Shown here piece by piece: positions 41,101-55,500 of a stretch of 64,000 bases of DNA; position 1 is the first letter of the stretch, and each line of letters opens with the position of its first letter. The translations under genes were made by a program, and so were the position numbers. The stretch is taken from assembly GCF_964204645.1 (NCBI RefSeq), contig NC_134029.1:5828001-5892000 (forward strand), given 5' to 3'. A model generated the notes under the pieces. It saw only the letters and a program-made list of their open reading frames with translations. It was not told where the DNA came from and did no database searches. Source of the stretch: Tubulanus polymorphus. Its lineage: Eukaryota; Animalia; Nemertea.

Positions 41101-41404
41101 AACGGCGTTATTTTTGACGAATGATCAAGATCTATTTTCTCGATAAAAAACCCACCAATCTGAACTTAAAAGTCATCTCATTTCGTTTGAAAAAGATTCG
41201 TTAACTTTTTTAATCTCTGTCAGTTCGAGTTCAACAACTATATACCGACCGTATATGACTAGTAGAATTAATCTCAAACCGACATCAATCGAAGGTTCGA
41301 CTAAGTATATTGATTACATACGTGAATCGATAGAAGAAAATCAAGAAAATACCTTGGTGAACTTTAGGAAAATCCTGAGCCATATGATGGGCCTGTTGGA
41401 CCAT
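32103..41404 (-). CDS. SYT4: Synaptotagmin-4/11 type (430 aa, 4 coding exons)
   Basis: Exons 41404-41353, 38422-37614, 32752-32629 and 32410-32103 are in phase. N-terminal TM segment [23 protein letters not shown]; C2A with SDPYIK and [10 protein letters not shown] (Asp-to-Ser signature of Syt4/11); C2B with [24 protein letters not shown], ending WHKLRE*. Confidence 0.95.
33079..33266. mobile_element. Fold-back MITE in Syt4 intron 2
   Basis: Perfect 24-bp terminal inverted repeat TTAGTCCCACAATCACGAAGCCGA/TCGGCTTCGTGATTGTGGGACTAA, with imperfect pairing continuing inward. Confidence 0.85.
33882..34033. mobile_element. PIF/Harbinger-like MITE, family copy 2
   Basis: TAA-AGCCCAACG...CGTTGGGCT-TTA; internal similarity to the copy at 28626. 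Confidence 0.8.
36266..36757 (-). mobile_element. 5'-truncated LINE 3' end (CR1/L2/Crack-like)
   Basis: The minus strand encodes [49 protein letters not shown] (stop at 36556), resembling an ORF2 C-terminus. It is followed by a 3' UTR, AATAAA (36290-36295) and a (TTGAAC)n tail. Confidence 0.75.
39151..39288. mobile_element. Fold-back palindromic MITE in Syt4 intron 1
   Basis: Paired arms TGCTGCCGCTATGC/GCATAGCGGCAGCA, GCGGATTTTT/AAAAATCCGC and CTCTGGCAATC/GATTGCCAGAG around a 10-nt loop. Confidence 0.8.
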
Positions 41405-41711
41405 TTTGTTTCAGTATTATCCGTAGCTATTATCGAATTTGTCAGAGTTGTTATTTCTACATAGTCCTCGTTAAAAACCGTCGCTATTTTCTCTGGCAAT
41501 AATCCGCCGTCGGTTTTAGTTTATTCATAAAATAGTTTCCATATTGAAGCTTTTTGTGGCATGAAATTCCAGAGCAAATGGCGGCATTCCCGTTACGCGG
41601 CAAAGCCCTTAATAGAGTCTATGATGCTTTCGCGAGGCGACACAGCGAGATGCGGAGAATAAATTATTCTTCTCCAGAGGGAAATGATGCAGCCGATGTG
41701 AAACCTGTACC

Positions 41712-41725
41712 ATTGCCATGGTAAC
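41712..41725. promoter_or_regulatory. RFX X-box-like motif in the Syt4 upstream region
   Basis: ATTGCCATGGTAAC matches 13 of 14 positions of GTTGCCATGGTAAC, about 310 bp upstream of the Syt4 ATG. Confidence 0.55.
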
Positions 41726-41950
41726 GGGAGGCTGGTGCGAAAGAGCGGTTTTCTTCTTTCAGAGGTGGCATCTATCCGTGCTCTGGGGCACCAAATCACA
41801 TTATGATCGTAACTAACAGTATGTAAACGTCTCAATCAACGAACAATTTTTGGAAATGCCGCTGTTCAGTCCTGTAACCATCCACGAAACAACCACGGAA
41901 AACGCATTCGGATGAAAAAGGGAAATACAAATTCTTCGCTAATAAACACA

Positions 41951-41956
41951 TTTATT
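41951..41956 (-). terminator. Probable distal ARHGEF17 polyadenylation signal
   Basis: AATAAA on the minus strand at the end of a U-rich stretch, followed on that strand by a GT/T-rich tract. Confidence 0.55.
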
Positions 41957-43517
41957 TATAGTTCATGATCTCCAGAAATTCATAAATCATATATGAAATA
42001 AATAAATAAATAAATAAACTGACATAATAGAATGACAAATAACATATCGTATCGACTACTTCTGTGAGTGTGTTTCATATATTAGACTACTACTAGATAA
42101 ATAAATTCAACAAATACAAAACCGCATCCTCTTCCACCAAGAAAACGGCACCGAAAACTATCTAAAACCTATAACAGTAGACCCCGGTCAAGTCAGATTC
42201 GATCAACTCGGGATAATCATCCATTCTCATAAATTTTGAAATGTTTTTCTTAAAACTCTGTATATGAAGTTTGTACCGTCCAGTTTGGATATCAGTTTGG
42301 TTTCACAGTTCAAACAGATCCTACGGAGTCTAATCCCCAGGGAGTATAATCATTGAATGACAAGGTATCACTTAATACATGTATCATCCACCAACACCGA
42401 AACTATCTTATAACTATTATCACTTATAGCATCTAAATCAATAAATAAATGAATTAACGGTTAATTTCGTGTGAATGGGACTTGTTAGTTAATTTTTATA
42501 AATTACTGTACAATAAATATATCATAAATAGTTAGTAATTATCATCGTACATAATTCATCTATTTATTACATATCATATTTACAAATATCACTAGTTCGC
42601 GGACAAGTATCAGTGCTTGTTACTGTATCCAACGTCGCATCAAAGTACATCGTATTATCAAAGAGCAGTTTCCAAAAAAAGAAACATCAAAACTAACCCA
42701 ACATCAAGGTAGAACTTTATTGATGTATTAGTATTACTTAAGCTGTATCTGAAGTGAACAGAACACGTAGTTTAAATGAATCTGACTAGCAGCTGAAAAT
42801 TGCCATTCACAAAATAAATACCTCAGCTCCTACAGATCTTTATCAACTAATATCATATCAACAAGTTTTAATTCCAAATTCATAATTACTGCAATTCTGA
42901 GCTTACGAAATATGGGATATTTCGGAGATGTATATTGTTTATTCATACATGAAAAGAAGAATCAAGATATCTAGTTCCACTGGAGAATCAAGTTCAGAAG
43001 TACAAGAAATCTCACTGAGCTTACTTGAAGTCTCCTGCTCTGGTATGTCAGTGGAACCACCCCGGAGAATTTCTATTCTCAAGAAGCTTATATAGGTGCT
43101 TTCTATAATTGATTCAATTCGTAGTTTTGACATAATTGCAGTAAAAAAGGTCCATACTTCAACAAATTCTAATAATCATTTCTGGTAAGCCATTTCCATT
43201 TTAATTGGTCACATTCGAAAAATGCAAACATAAAAGGAATGTTGCCATAGACTGACAGAGAATGTACCTCACAGTATTGAATCCAAAATCACAGTGTTCT
43301 CCTCACCAAAATTATCAAATCCAAAGAAGAACATTTCATATTCTACATAATATTTCTTGAATATTTCGGACAAATTAAAAATCTTTGAATCTACAATCTA
43401 TCGATTTATTACTCGAATTTTTCTAAACGAAAATTCGTTTTCATTCGATCATTTTCCAGTCATTGTATCTATGGCTTCTCGTGTTGCGGTAGAATTCATC
43501 CGCACGGAAGGTTATCA

Positions 43518-46500
43518 TCATACTTGCCACAACAGAAGATGATTCGTGCTGTCGTCGCGGCCCATCGTGTCGTCATCGGACGCAGTTTTACTGAAATCTT
43601 CGTAGCCGTCCCCGCCGCTGATTACTAACATTTTCGTGGCCATCGTCGCCGACGGGGTCATGCTAGCGCGACGCGGTACTGCCGCTGATTCTAAAGTCGC
43701 CGACGCCGAATTCGCGTTCGTAATCGGCATTTCAACGCTTGCTAAGAAACGAACGTGTCCGGTGTGGCCGTGGTATAAACCTGTAACCGAGAAATAGAAC
43801 TTATTAGAAACGTAATTTATTAGTATGTAAATTCAATGATGTATGGCTTCATGAGCCCAAAAAAACATCAACAAAGCCTGGCAATTTGAGACCGTGGTCA
43901 AATTCAATTGACCTCAACCAGCTCAGAGAATTTTTAATTTCACCGATTTCATTTTAGAGCCCACTTTATCTAGATCGACTGACCTGTTACGTTGGGTATC
44001 GAGACATTTGATCTGGTGGTCGCGGTGGTGATGATCGGTAATGGTATACTCAACACGACTCCGGCACTCGTACCGACCCACAATAGGTCCTTACACGTCA
44101 ACAACGCCGTTATTCGTAAACAAGCAGTTTTATGTTGACGTATGATATCATCAGCAGCTAAAATCAAAGTTATGGTAATAATCACATAAATTTCCTGGCT
44201 GAATATTTCTTATAACGTTTTTTTGTGGAAAATATCTATATATAGCAGACCTGCAGAAAGTTACCGGTATAGATTAACAGATTTTTTTACATTGACAACA
44301 ATCTTTTTATTATTCTATCTGTTTGACGGGATTACCCAATAGACTGGTAACATTATAGACAGTCTACTGTATATACATATTATATCATTTGAGAAAACCA
44401 CACTAAAGTGCAAACTCCTTGGAAATGCTGTTCATTAAGCCATTTGCACCACGGGAATCGCAACTTACACATTAGTTTCTGCGAGACTGCCTGACCGACG
44501 CATACCTCAGTCAGGTATTCGCAGGTTGTCGCGTGGAATAGGAGAACTTTCGACGAACCGTGAGTGGCGATGCACACTCCTTTTCCGAAACTAGCCATAC
44601 AAGTAACAGGTTTATTAGAATCAGACTGCACCGGGAATGTATTCTACAAAAAGTCAACACGAAAAGTCGATAATAATTAAGCTAATCAATATAATCGCAC
44701 TAATCATACTCTAATCACTAGCTCATTAATTACAGACCTCTATTTGCATAGTTGCAGGATTCACAATAATGATGTCTTTGCTACAGCCACACCACAGTTT
44801 ACCGGTTACGGCTAACATCCTCGTCACCGGCGCCGCTGAGGTACTGATTGTCTTCACCTCTGATTTCTCGATATCCCAGACGCCCTCTGCAATTACAAAA
44901 CAGCCTAACAAATTAATATAGGGCTATTGTTCTACCGATACTGCAAATATGCAGATTGCAATATTAATGAATCACCTTCAGAAGTAATTATGATACTTTA
45001 AGTCATGAAAAGCCCTATTGGGTCTTGAACATTTTCTTACACCCCAGTTGGAATGATGAAAGCCAGCTACTGCCAGTAAACTATGGAAAGATCTCGTTAC
45101 AGATCAAGAGATCTTTATCTTCAATATACATGGGACCAGTACGTTCATCTAATGAGAAGAATGAACTGAATGAAATACGTACCTTCACTTCGTCTGTAGA
45201 CTACAATATCACCATTAGCCAAGGAAACAAATACGCGAGAATCGAGATATCTGAAAAACGAAGATTTGTAAAACATAGATTTTCAAAACTAGAACAAGCA
45301 TGAAGCGATGTTTAAGGGTAATATATAACTGTACTTACACAATACTTAATACAGCAGCATTGTGGTGAATCTTAAGCTTGTTACGAGTTGTTTTGATGTT
45401 ATCAGTACTTTGAAAAATCAGGATGCTGAAATTAACAATGTGAGATAAAGTCAGTGTAAAACTTATGCAATTGGCATCTCCATAAGTTACTAAGCAGTAT
45501 AGCTCACCTGCCATGTTCCGTACCCAACCACATTGTGCTTTTGAACGGATCTTTCAATGGTTGAGATTTTTGAGCTCCTTTCGATCCGCCGTCTTCATCG
45601 TCTGAATAGAGAATTTGATGATATCAGAATTCAGACAATTTGAAGTAAATAGCATTAATTCTTCCTCAATAGGAATTCGTCAATTTTTCTACCTGAATGT
45701 TGTTGCCCCATATCAGCCTCAGCATCATGGAAGTCTTCCTCTTCGCTACTCGAGGAACTGTCTGAACTATCCGTAGCGAGTTTAGGAGGGGGTTGAGGCT
45801 GGTGGATAGAACAGGGTTTCCGACGACATCCCTTACAGCTACCACCTCTGTAAGATAAAATCAATTCATGCCATATAATGCACACTTGAACAGTTCGCGA
45901 GGATACGTTTTTCAAGGATTGGGTCTTTCAACATTGATTACGAAAACTATAAAAACATTGTCATTGGTTAGGTATTTGAATAATTCCAACTGCCTTCGTA
46001 CCTTTTAAATGCAAGGTTTAAAGCGGGAACGGCACAAACGCATAGAATGCGGGAGTTACAACTCGGTACCGGAGTGTTCAGAGTGACGATCGGTTCCGGC
46101 TGTAGACTCAGTAAACACATGTGTCCCACGTGACCATCGCTGTTACAAACCCAAACATCTCGAAAGTTATTCGCGTTCAAGCCATCGATAGGAGCTGCAC
46201 AAGAGAACTGTAAGTAGAAACGATGAAATCATGCAGAAATAGTTGCAAACATATCGGCGTATTGATGAAAGATTTGTTTCTTCTGATTTACCTGCATTCC
46301 AGCTCTTGTTTTAGTTATTGGTAATGCTTGCATAAAGTCTGGGGGTCGTTTATCACATGAAGAAGCTACAATTCATATATAAAATATTAACAAACGAAAT
46401 TCTACTATCCTTTCATATCCTATAGAACAATTTGAATACTCAGTGCATCGTACCCAGCTTCAGTTTAGTGTCAGCGAATGCCATTTCCCACTGCGTTCTT

Positions 46501-49500
46501 TTCTCTTTTGTAGGAAAAAGCACACTCATCGTACTTAAACCCTCGCTGAAAATGCAAACACAAATGCGGTTCAATTTGAATTAGCGTTTACAGGTAAAGT
46601 TAGTGAATGATAATAAGGAAGCCAAGAACAATCCTCAATCATTATCCTAGTGACAACTTACGGAGAAGTAATCATGAGATCTAGTTTATTCATTTCATGC
46701 GCGCGTGCTTCATCTCGTAGAACTTTACTGATTGAAAACATCATATCTTTCACAGTCTCTTCCAACATCTGATGTGAACAAACTAAACGCGCGCTCAGCT
46801 CATTGATTTGACTCAATGTGTCGAAGTCTTGTTCTAACATCTCTTTATCAATAACTGGTTTTCGATTGAGACTTGCAGCTGAAATTAGAGGCACAAAGAA
46901 GACTTGGAGATACTTTCATAGAAGCCATGAACTTTCTGGTTAACAAAGTCCTGAATGATATCAATGATATCAACAGAATTTTTTCCGTACAATGGATAAT
47001 CATGCGCTCACTCACATTTAATGACCTCCAAATCGTCAAGACCAACTCGTAACCAGGCTTTATGTTTGATGTTCTCCACAAAATCCTGGCCAGTAGGACA
47101 TTGTCTGAAATTAGACAACATCCAAAATAACACTTCGTAAAAATGATTAACAATCTGTACCGTATTTAGATGTTCTACTTACAATCTCAGTGATGATTTA
47201 ACATTTCCGGTTTTTCTTTTCATCGAGCTACAAATCAACAGATCAGAGAATAACCACAAACAACACTGTTCCTTTCGCCCCTGAAAAAAGAATTGAAGAA
47301 CTGAAGCACGGAACCTCGATTCTAGATGTGAGTGAAATTCAATCAACCACCTCCTCTGAATGAAAGTTTTCCGATTCACTACAAGACATGTTTTGTACTT
47401 ACGACAACTTGCACCATATCGTGTCGTACATATTGTCTGTCAGGTGCAACGAGCTGAATAAACAAATGATGAACGTTACAAATTCTGAGTAAATCTTTCA
47501 TCGCAAACTTAAGGGTTCAAAGCAGTTATCCTAACAAAATCACGAGGAGCACGAATAGTTATATGCAGCCCTAACCAGTTTCATTCAAACAATGAAACAA
47601 TATTACAGTTGCGGTCAAGTTATTTGTGTATACTACAAATGTGAGATTTGATCAATTTTAGATTTAATTCTACGAAATGTTTACAACTCGATGCATGGTT
47701 CGCCGATGTGATTAATTACGCTAAGGAACGATTTCTAATGAATGAATTCTAATTTCGACTCAGACAACGCTATTCAAGCAGCAGATGCGGGTATATCGTA
47801 AACAGATGCGGTGTCGCCATCTTCAGTGATAACGCTGTATGAACCGCTAACTAACAGGTATAATATACCTGTATATAAATACATCAGCACCGTTGAATTC
47901 TCATTCTCATTACAAGTATATTACGTTGGTGTGAATTCTAAGAAACGCAACGTTCTAGGAGTGTGCCGGGATATTTTCAGTAATTGACTCGCGATTTAAG
48001 TTCGTGTTTACCAACAAATTGGCCCCCATAAATATATGTTTGATATCATTAACAGTTCATCGACAATCCTTTATATGCAGTACGAGTGAATGACCTCAGG
48101 CTAAAACCGGTGAAGACTTGTTCAGGTTCAATTCACTTGAAAATGTTACATTATCTAACTGTACTTAAATCTGCCTGATTTCTGCCAGTGATAAGTTTTG
48201 ACTAGAACATTAGCATCGATTTAATAGAGACTAGGAGTCACTAAATGTGGATATATGTCTTCACTACAATTTCAAGTTGTTTTCTAATTGAGGAAAAATT
48301 TCTTAATTTCGTGAAAATTTTTGAAAAAATGTTCAACTCAAATGTCAGCATGCATCGTTCAGTACTTAGTAAGATTTTAAACCTAGAAGTCGTGAAAACA
48401 ACTGTCAAATCAAAAATGTTTCGACGAAATATTATAATCAGTGTTGTCTACAAAATCGAGCCTGTCATTACTGCACCATATAGACAAAAACTTGGACTCC
48501 CTTTTAAAGATAATAAACAAATAGATATTTGGTCCTTGAACTGAGGGAGTTTTTATGTATATATTTAGGATATTTATGTATTCAGTCTAATAAACTTACA
48601 TCCGCCACGAGAATAAGTTCCAATTTTTTCAACGATTGCTGCATATCGGTTTCCTGTTTATTTTCTTTCACGGCGTTTATTTTTAGCGCCAGTTCGTGGA
48701 TGGCATTTTCGGCTTGGCGCAGCAACTCGTGGTCGGGATGATCTTTCGGCGTATGTTCGATCAGCCTCTGCAAAAACAAAACATCATCGTCGTAGCAAAA
48801 TAATGAGGACTAACAACAAATAAAGAAAAAACAAACTCGGACCGCAGAGGCGAGGTTTGAATTTTTCCACGAAGATCGAAACGTAAATTCCTTCTACTAA
48901 ATATCCCATCGTTCTGTTTGTTTCAGTCATACAAACCGTATAGACAAGTAACGGCTAACCCAACGTGCATATTTTAGGATAAGCTCGGCGATTATTGAAT
49001 GGATACGAATTCGAACGCTTACCCTTAGCAGCAGTTCGTATCGCGGTATACGTTGAGCCGGTTGAATTATCAACGCTTTCAACGGTAATTTTCGACGGTT
49101 TTCTTTCTGGCAAAGCTGTATAAGAAAATTGAAACGAAACATAAAAACACATATAGCAGGGGGCGCATCTAGGGAAGCAATTGGGGTACGACCTCCAGCC
49201 TTCCATTAGGGTCGCCATTTGAATCAAGAATCGAAAACATATTCTAAAATTTTACGATCATCTTCGCGTTTCCCAGTCTGCTTTGTATAACAGTTGCATT
49301 TTTCTTTTGACTTTTGGTTAAGGCCTTGGAGCAGCTGATCAAAAGTTGGCTCGAGTGAACGGGTGAACAACCAATATTTCATACCACAGAATTTATCCGA
49401 TGGTTAACTTTATTGAACCAACTTTCACGCCATCGGCCTCGGCCTTCTTGAAATCCCAGACCTGCCCTAGCACACACAGGGAGTTATTCACAAGGAAATA

Positions 49501-52500
49501 ACTAAGGACAATGCTACATTGTGTGATGGGGTGAATATTTATCATCAACCCAGCCCGGCATCGTCTTGTCTAACGTAAATAATAAAAAGTTACGCGGCTA
49601 TGAGTCAGTCATTGCGCAGTCTTATCTCATAGTTATTAATGTTTGATAACTAACAGCCGACTAGTGACTCCGCGTACCTAGTAGCGAAATGTGAAATGCA
49701 TTAATTGCCCGCCGTTCCCCGTATCGGACGTACAGGCACACGGCGTAAAGATTAATCCTCCGAAGAGAAGTTATATTATTACAACATACCGGTGCGTTAC
49801 CGCGACGCGGTTTATCAATCTGTCTGAGTATTAATCGCAATTAGAAACCGAATCGAGTCCGCGTTCTTAAACACTTCGATATAACGTGTCTACATCAGAT
49901 ATCATTGAATTCACTTCCAACGAAGAGAAATTTCATACAATGAGCTATTCATTGAAATATAGACAGTTTTCTAAATTTTTCAATTTCCTCAATTTTTCAA
50001 TTCATTGAAATATAGACAGTTTTCTAAATTTTTCAATTTCCTCTACTTTCATTTTAGTTTAGTCTATTTTAGTTTAGTCTATTTTAGTTTATTTTGCTTA
50101 GCAAAAAGCCATTTGCTTAGAGCACAGAAAAATATACAATGTTTGTGCAAGGGTGGACAATGCATTACATTATAGACATTTATAGAAATGTCTATAAATT
50201 ACACCACAAATTTAATTTACTTAACCATTAGAGTGATAGCATGATTCAACCGCTGAGAGTAAACAAAAGCAATTGGGCAAATGCTAATTCTTTTTAACTA
50301 CTCCTCTATAGGAAATCTCCCCCCTCCCAAACCTACCTTCGAGAACAATCATCAGTATCCGCCATCGGTTCGATACGTTTTACGAAATTTATGAAATCCT
50401 CTTTAAATCAAAATATAAACGATAAAACATACATAGCTCGCTCAACGTGAAGTACCAAGCGTAAGAGAAATAAACCTTCTAAGAAGCTACATACGCATTT
50501 TCCCCCGATCGACGAGTTATTTTCTTCTTCTTTTTTTTTGAAGCGAGTAAGGAGCTCGGCTCATCTATCATTGTTAGATGAAATCTATGTAACGTTTACT
50601 ACAAGTGTTAGCCTTTAAACCGGTATGCAATTTTGCCTTCATTTGAATTTTTTTCGTATTTGTATAAATCGGCCGCGCGTTTCCTGGTAGCGATCTTTTT
50701 TTAGTTTTTGACATAGAAATTCGAATCGGCATAATTCGTATCAGTCGATTCTAAAGCTACGTTATTTAGAACGGTCTAAATTTGGCCCGTCCCAATACAT
50801 GCGGTATGAACTAAACTGTTATAAACTGGTCACCAATTCGTCATCAAGCTGATTTATAGTTTTCAGATTTCATATGTTTTCTATATTGCCTAAAATTTAA
50901 CGTATAGGCTAACGGAATATCAATCATGTTAAAATCTGTCTATTGCGTGTGGTGCCCGCGGAGTACATATATCCATTTAATTCGTTTTGAAAATGTCCCA
51001 GAATTTGCCATAGATTTATGCGTCCAGATATATGATAAACTGCAGTCATTGAAAAAGTCATTTTTTAACAAATAACAGCCATGGACTCTATCATAAATCT
51101 ATCATTTAGATATAAATTTCAAGGTGTAATATACATGGCGAAAGGACCAGTGATAACTATCAGTAGTCAATTCAGCAACGCACACTCTGATTTGGTTCCA
51201 AATTTGGTACATTCCAGGTATGGACCCATTTAGAACGGTCTTACTAGTGATAGTGTGAACATGGCTTAACGAAAAACTCTCAACAATCCGTGGTTTAATG
51301 CACATTTTGATCTAATAAGAGTCTGTGACCGCATTATAGTTATTATCAGTTTTCGATTTCGAATACTTACGTCGATGAATTTTTGAAACGATGATTTGTT
51401 GGACGTGACATTTTCGAGTACCCGCTCAGAAATGTTATAGTTCTCAATGAATGATACGTAACTCTTCACAACAGATTCCTTAGTGAACTTTAGAAGAAGA
51501 AGGAGAGAAAAGAAAATAGAAGACGATTCAAAAATTGAAAAACTGTGAATTTGTTGGTGGACTGAGTTACACAGTCTTGAGTTAGAGCTGAGTCTATAGG
51601 TAAAACATTGATACCTTGTTTCTCGTTTTTGCTGAACTTAAAAGTTTACTTTCTTTAAAATAATGAACAAGTTTAACCATAACAGACCCGGCAGTTATAG
51701 AAATAAACTGATAACAAATCTCACTGCTGTTTACTACAGAATGACCCAACCGATTAGGAGAAACAAGGTATCATTTTATTTTAGCCTTAAGAACCTCAAA
51801 TTAATTTGCATTTCCCATAATTTAAATCCATAGCCAGACATTTAATTAAAGTCTGTGGAATTGGAGGCCTTGACCCGGTTCCACAGTTGCAAGCCAGGTT
51901 GACTACATGAATTGAAATAATTGAAAAAAATATATGAAAAAAATTTCAACTCTCGAGTTTAGTTCAGCTCGAAACAGTGGAAGCGAATCTTTTGCATTTT
52001 CATCGCGCATCATGTTGTAAATTCTGGAATATTCCACATTTCATACTTATGGAAAAAGCAACGTTGAGAGAAAACATCGAAAAACAATTTGTAACCTACG
52101 TCACTAGACACAGAAATACTTGTTTTCTATACAAGAATAAACCAGGTTCTTGTACTTTAAACTTTTTAAAACGAAGTTAACCAAATGTCCGTATCAATCA
52201 AAAACCAGAGTTCTGAACGAAAAAAAAAAAAATCAAACCAACCAGGCAGAGTTTACTCCATAGAGGTTGACATCAAAATTCGAACGGTGAAAGAACCTTT
52301 ATGAACTAACTACATTATAATTGTCTTTGAATACCTTTGCTCGCAAAGTGATAGGCTTGACAAAGTTAAAGCCCTAACACACATGACGCACAGGAACACG
52401 GAAACAGAAGCAGGTTTCCAAGTGTTTCCTAGTGTCGTGTGTGTTTATGAGAAACGAAAACATGATTTCGGGAAACAATGTTTCCAAGATCAAACATGTT

Positions 52501-55500
52501 GACTGCATGTTTCCCTGGGTCGTGTTGGTATACAAGTTATATTAAGATGCAATGTGGCCAGAAAAATGCAGGTATCAACCTGCTGCATTGACCCACCCCT
52601 TCGATATCACCCTCATCGCAATCATTTTACCATCATGGCTTCGCCTGTATTCAAGACATCTCACCTCAGACATGATAAGTTGAAAACTATTCAACAAATG
52701 CACTACAAATGCCAGACAATCTTTAGCAAAAGTGATCCTCAAGATTTCACACTAAATGGTAGATGTCTGAAGGGGTGATCCAGGGCTTCAGAGATACCCG
52801 CATCAATCCAGGTTAAATCGATCAACTGACAGTCTATACAGAAAATGCCCTGAAAACTTACTGTATTTCGTATATGGTCTCCGACGGTGGTTTTCTCGTC
52901 CCAACTGAGGAATGCTTTTTCTAAGAAATCGAGGAATATGGCGTGATGGTTCAGCATCTCTGGCACTTTGTAAAATATGTCGTCGACTAAATTACTATCA
53001 ATGATGCTGCTATTCTTCAATGGAATCATGTATTTCTGAAACAAAACATGGTAAGTATGTCATCACACCTCAATTCTCCTCATCGGACTAAATTTTGGTT
53101 CTATGACATGTTTCGAAATCCGGCTTACCTCTACTAACACCCTCAATGACTCGACGTATTCTTTTTCTACGCTATAAAGTTCTTGCACAATATGAAAACG
53201 TTTGTCCTGCTGAAATAGAAAGTCTCTTTTCTAAATGCAAATGCCGGATTAAGCCCAACGCAGACGACGCAGGGAAACGCAAAACAGGAGACTGAAACAA
53301 GTTTCTCAGTGTTTTTTCTGCGTTGTGTGCGTGTACAAGAAATGTTTTTGAGAAACAATGTTTCCGAGATCAAACATATTTGTTTCTGTTTCCCCGTGTT
53401 GTATACTTTGGGCACTAGAAGGGTTGGTGGTGTCCCATTTGCTGGACTATATTTGTCCAATAGGATATCGCCTCGCAAAAAGTATACTTTCTACATATTT
53501 TTGCCTGACGCGCGGACCCGAATGTATACTGAAATTAAGTGAATGAAAATTGTTTGCTTTTTGAAGCGATTCATTAAAGCGTCGATCGGAATTTAATGAT
53601 GAAGTAAAACAAGCGATCGTAGTACGAGAGAGAGAGGTAGAGACTATAGAACAAATTCATGGAAAACCACGCGGCGGCGCGCGTACAAGACTTCAATGTA
53701 AACTTATACTTCATTCACCGGGCTTCATCGAGTTGTATAATCTGAAGTAATGAATTGTTTTTCCGGGAACTACTAAATACACATTAGAATCCTATGCAAC
53801 TTCATTGATATTGTATATCATTAGCCACAAATTGAATTTTGGAAATTTTAGATGGAACAATGTCCAGGCAACTGAATATAGTGAATCATATGTTGCAGAT
53901 TTAAGGCTGAAATAAAATGAAACCTTGTTTCTCCTAATTGGCCGCGTCATTTTGTAGACTACGATAAAATTTGTAATCGGTTCATTTCTATAACTGCAGG
54001 GTCTGTTATTGTTAGCTTAATCATGATTTTTAAAGAAGTAGTGTACAGGGTAGATACTTGGCCAGCCGGGTCATCTTCTCAGCTCGGCAGAAATGAGAAA
54101 CAAGGTGTCAATTTTTTATCTAATATATCGAATTCACTCCTCAGACAAGGGAAACAGGTAAAATCTCATTTTCATCACTCAACTGCCTCTACACAAAGAA
54201 GTATAGGCACTGTGAATGTGTGAAACGCTTAAACCCTGGTTGTTTAAAAAGTTTAAAAAAAACTGATAACGTCAACTCGATGAAAGTTAGAACAGTGAAC
54301 TGTTCTCAAAAGGAGAGAAAATTCATCGAATCATCGACAAAAATTTTTTCGAAGACATATTCAGCGAAATAACTCAGCAGATAGACGGAAATATGAACGA
54401 TATGATATCGATTTCATATCGAAAACTTAAATGAAATTTCCTGAAAAAAAGTGACGGATAAACTCGAGCAATCGTCTTTCATATAGCTCGTAATATAGCA
54501 AGATCAATCGCGGGCCACGCCGATTAAAACGTTTACCGATCACCTTTCTCGCTGTTTAAAAGGTCAACGCTTATCGACTGATGAAGATCGCGAGGAGGTA
54601 TAAACTATTATTGGGTTGCACTTCATCGCGCCCGGTGTCTGAACGATAGCTGTTCGCGCTGAACGCGGTGTTAGCTCACTTTAAACATTCTTTACCAACT
54701 GGTGCAAGTCAATCTCTGATCTAATATCTGATTATGCCTATACATACTCTCTCTCTCTCGGCATATAGCTACCACGTAAAACAGTGTATATATATATAGT
54801 ATACACCTCTAGAGAGAGTGAGGGGAGAAATATCGATCAGTTAGATATATATCTATAGGCCGAGTCGAAAACCTTTTCCGAGTAATTCTCGTGCGTCAAA
54901 TAACAAGCGAGAAAATTATTTTCGTTCACCCCCCTTACTCCACATGAATAACTTATACCGGTAATCATAATGCTCCTTATTATCGTGAGGTCAATTAGGC
55001 CTATCATAAATCGAACCCAACTTCATTTAAGGAATTTTTCTACTTATATATATGCCATTCAAGGACTATGACAATGATTTAAGGATTTTAGAGACCATTC
55101 CATGATACTATTATGTATTTATGGAATTATGGCCAGCAGTCTAATCTAAATTTTTACCATTCAAACATCAGAGGCCAATTCATTAAAAAACATCTATTGA
55201 AAGAACCTAGACAATTAATATAATAGAGCATCATGACAATTTCCCCTAAATATCTCATCTCCCAGTCTTTTGCTCCTAGACAATTACCTTCGCAGTATTA
55301 CCTTCTACTAAGAATCTGATCAATTAACACAGTAAAATATGTAAGACATAGACAGAAACTGTTTGATTTCATGCGCGATCAAACAATCTCGACAGATTTC
55401 CCTGACTTTTCCCTAATTTCCAGGTATGTGGTCACCCCGTGTCATTTTCAGGGCCCAGTTGCGCAGTCATGCAATGTGGTCTTAAATCTTTAGACTGGTC

